From contig CAVWVQ010000003.1 in the NCBI GenBank assembly GCA_963758525.1, positions 768,001 to 832,000 of the forward strand: 64,000 nt of DNA, given 5' to 3'. This document shows positions 62,160 through 64,000 of this stretch, in pieces. The notes beneath the pieces are model-generated. The model did no database searches. It saw only the letters and a list, made by a program, of their open reading frames with translations, and was not told where the DNA came from. Source of the stretch: an uncultured Phycisphaerales bacterium. GTDB lineage: Bacteria; Planctomycetota; Phycisphaerae; Tepidisphaerales; Tepidisphaeraceae. The position numbers and the translations under genes were made by a program. Position 1 is the first letter of the stretch. Each line of letters begins with the position of its first letter.

Positions 62160-63611
62160 CTACGGCATCCGCTGTCCGATCAGCTTCCCCAGCGTGGGGA
62201 TCGCCTGCTCCACCTGCGGGGTCCAGAGGAGTCCGCAATTGATGCGCACGCAGTTTCGGTATTTCCCGGCTGCGGAGAAGACGACGCCGGGGCAGATGGA
62301 GATGCCGGCCTGGATAGCGCGGTTGTGGAGATCGACTGAATCGATCGCTTCGGAAAGCTCGGCCCACAGGAGAAAGCCTCCCTGGGGACGGGTGACACGG
62401 GTGTCGCCGGGGAAGTGCTCGGCCAACAGTTCGCTCATCCGGTCGACCTGCCGATGGTAGATCGCGGTGACTTTTCTCAGATGGCGTTCATAGCTGCCAT
62501 TCTCCATGAATTGCGCCAACGCCAGTTGCGGCAGCGTGGGAGCGGCGATGTTGAGCCAGGCCTTCATGCGGGCGACTTCCTTGATCCATTTGCCGGGGAT
62601 GCACCAGCCGATGCGCAGACTGGGGGCGATGGTCTTGGAGAAGCCGCCGCAGACCATCACATGGCTCATTGCCGAAGCGTCGTCGTAACTTCGGCAGGCG
62701 CGCGGTCTGGCTGGTGCGTATCCCAGGTCCGCGTAGATGTCGTCCTCGATCAGCGCGACGTCGGCCTTGCGGATCATTGCTACGAGCCGGGCGCGGTTTT
62801 CCTCCGGCATGATCGAACCGAGAGGATTATGCACCGTCGGAATCAGCACGACGGCCTTCACGAGGTTTTGGCCCAGGACGACTTCCAGCGCATCAAGCGA
62901 CGGGCCGGTGCGCGGATGGGTCGGAATTTCCAACGCTTTGAGGCCGAGCATTTCGATGGTCTGCAGAATGCCCCAATAGGTGGGGGATTCCAGCGCGATC
63001 GTATCGCCCGGCTGGGTGACGGCGCGGAGACAGAGGTGAATCGCCTCAAGGGCTCCGCAGGTGATCACGACATCTTCCGGCGAGATTGCGCAGCCGGCCC
63101 GGACGTACCAGCGCGCCACCTGGCGGCGCAGACTCGGCATCCCCGCGGGCGGCGCGTAGGCCGCCGACAGCAGCGGCTGCGATCGGCTGATCGAATTCAT
63201 CAGCGAGTGGACCGCCTTGGTCGACCAGTCGGACACCGCTCCGTTGGAGGCGCCCATGGCGATGATCCCGGGCTGGCCGAACTCGGTGAGCAGCAACAGC
63301 CGCAAGTCCCCCACCGTTACCGCCGAGGCGGTTTCGGGCGGGCGCGACATCAGCGGCTCTTCGACGTTCTCCCGCCGCAATGCGCGAACGTAGAATCCCG
63401 ACTGCGGCCGGGCCTGCAATCGGCCACGCTCTTCCAGCACGCGATACGCCGCAATCACGGTCGAAATCGACACCTTCAGTTGCGCTCCGAGCGAACGGAC
63501 CGAGGGCACCCGGCTGCCTACAGCCAACGCGCCGCTATCGATCATGTGAACGATTTGCGCCGCAACTTCTTCGTATAGCGGGACTTTTGCACCAGTCCGC
63601 ATTTCGGGCAT
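62160..63611 (-). CDS. MocR/GntR family regulator with PLP aminotransferase-like domain
   Basis: GSRVPSVR wHTH, RPQSGFYV, HNPLG, IEDDIY, FSKTIAPSLRIGW; start taken at ATG 63611. Confidence 0.93.
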   Translation of the reverse strand: MPEMRTGAKVPLYEEVAAQIVHMIDSGALAVGSRVPSVRSLGAQLKVSISTVIAAYRVLEERGRLQARPQSGFYVRALRRENVEEPLMSRPPETASAVTVGDLRLLLLTEFGQPGIIAMGASNGAVSDWSTKAVHSLMNSISRSQPLLSAAYAPPAGMPSLRRQVARWYVRAGCAISPEDVVITCGALEAIHLCLRAVTQPGDTIALESPTYWGILQTIEMLGLKALEIPTHPRTGPSLDALEVVLGQNLVKAVVLIPTVHNPLGSIMPEENRARLVAMIRKADVALIEDDIYADLGYAPARPRACRSYDDASAMSHVMVCGGFSKTIAPSLRIGWCIPGKWIKEVARMKAWLNIAAPTLPQLALAQFMENGSYERHLRKVTAIYHRQVDRMSELLAEHFPGDTRVTRPQGGFLLWAELSEAIDSVDLHNRAIQAGISICPGVVFSAAGKYRNCVRINCGLLWTPQVEQAIPTLGKLIGQRMP

Positions 63612-63620
63612 CGGCTCATC

Positions 63621-63706
63621 CAGTACAGTTTTGACTCGACAAAGCCAGCACAGATTTCCCCAGGAACTACTGTACCGGTCACAATTTCTATTTTCTGATA
63701 CTGTAC
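63621..63706. promoter_or_regulatory. Candidate MocR operator (CTGTAC direct and inverted repeats)
   Basis: GTACAG 63623, GCACAG 63648, CTGTAC 63670 and 63701 in the divergent intergenic region. Confidence 0.6.
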
Positions 63707-63826
63707 TCAAATCGATGTGGGATGTCTACTATTCAGTCCCTGCAAGCGTAGGCATCGCACCGAGAGGGTCTCAGTGTGTTTCAGTTGCGCCGGCGCGAAG
63801 CAATGGGAGATTCGAGGAGTTGTATT

Positions 63827-64000
63827 ATGGTAGAGGATCGAAACAACCAGAGCCGCTTCGGCGGCGAGTACATGATTCAGGATAGCGATCACATGAGCGA
63901 GATCCCTCAGTCAACGGACAAAGCCAACCGCGGCGTCCGCCAGGCGGAGCAGTCTCATTCAGAGAGCCGCCAGCAAGGCGGCGATCAAGGCGAAGGCGCC
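63827..64000 (+). CDS. Divergent gene, 5' part (truncated by window)
   Basis: RBS GAGGAG, ATG 63827, frame open to the window end. Confidence 0.5.
   Translation, partial: MVEDRNNQSRFGGEYMIQDSDHMSEIPQSTDKANRGVRQAEQSHSESRQQGGDQGEGA

Overview
GC-rich bacterial DNA, most consistent with a Planctomycetota genome (DUF4058, NIPSNAP and AsmA-like genes; this assignment is inference). Many conserved genes, including essential glmS, carry single-base frameshifts, which I read as long-read assembly indels rather than pseudogenes. Left to right: (i) a TonB-receptor/TonB-receptor/YfiR/CHASE8-type chemoreceptor operon converging, across a RAYT-like HUH transposase, on a Wsp/ACF-type chemosensory operon (cheW-cheR-cheW-cheA-cheB-hybrid kinase) that has no chemoreceptor of its own; (ii) ABC transporter, two-component genes, chrA, lpdA, AsmA-like, SMP-30, GMC oxidoreductase; (iii) a divergent WYL regulator / ARPP-1 pair next to tRNA-Thr(TGT); (iv) amidohydrolase, a ~485-bp two-state heptamer tract, glmS, rarA, 5-FCL and an L,D-transpeptidase; (v) a ~4.7-kb integrase-less cargo block (DUF932, trypsin-like protease plus partner, NDT/TIR-like effector, truncated Mrr nuclease) bracketed by a 0.7-0.8 kb imperfect direct duplication of chromosomal sequence; (vi) MFS, esterase, MNT-like/HEPN pair, decayed PIN toxin-antitoxin pair, oxidoreductase and a MocR regulator. 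The window is dense in REP-like palindromes and short-period (7-9 nt) palindromic repeat elements, two of which sit in-frame inside cheA and rarA. No CRISPR array, rRNA, reverse transcriptase or integrase was seen. The two best candidates for undescribed systems are the TonB-YfiR-MCP-to-Wsp signalling relay and the duplication-flanked defence-like cassette. All family assignments are by motif recognition only; no searches were run.
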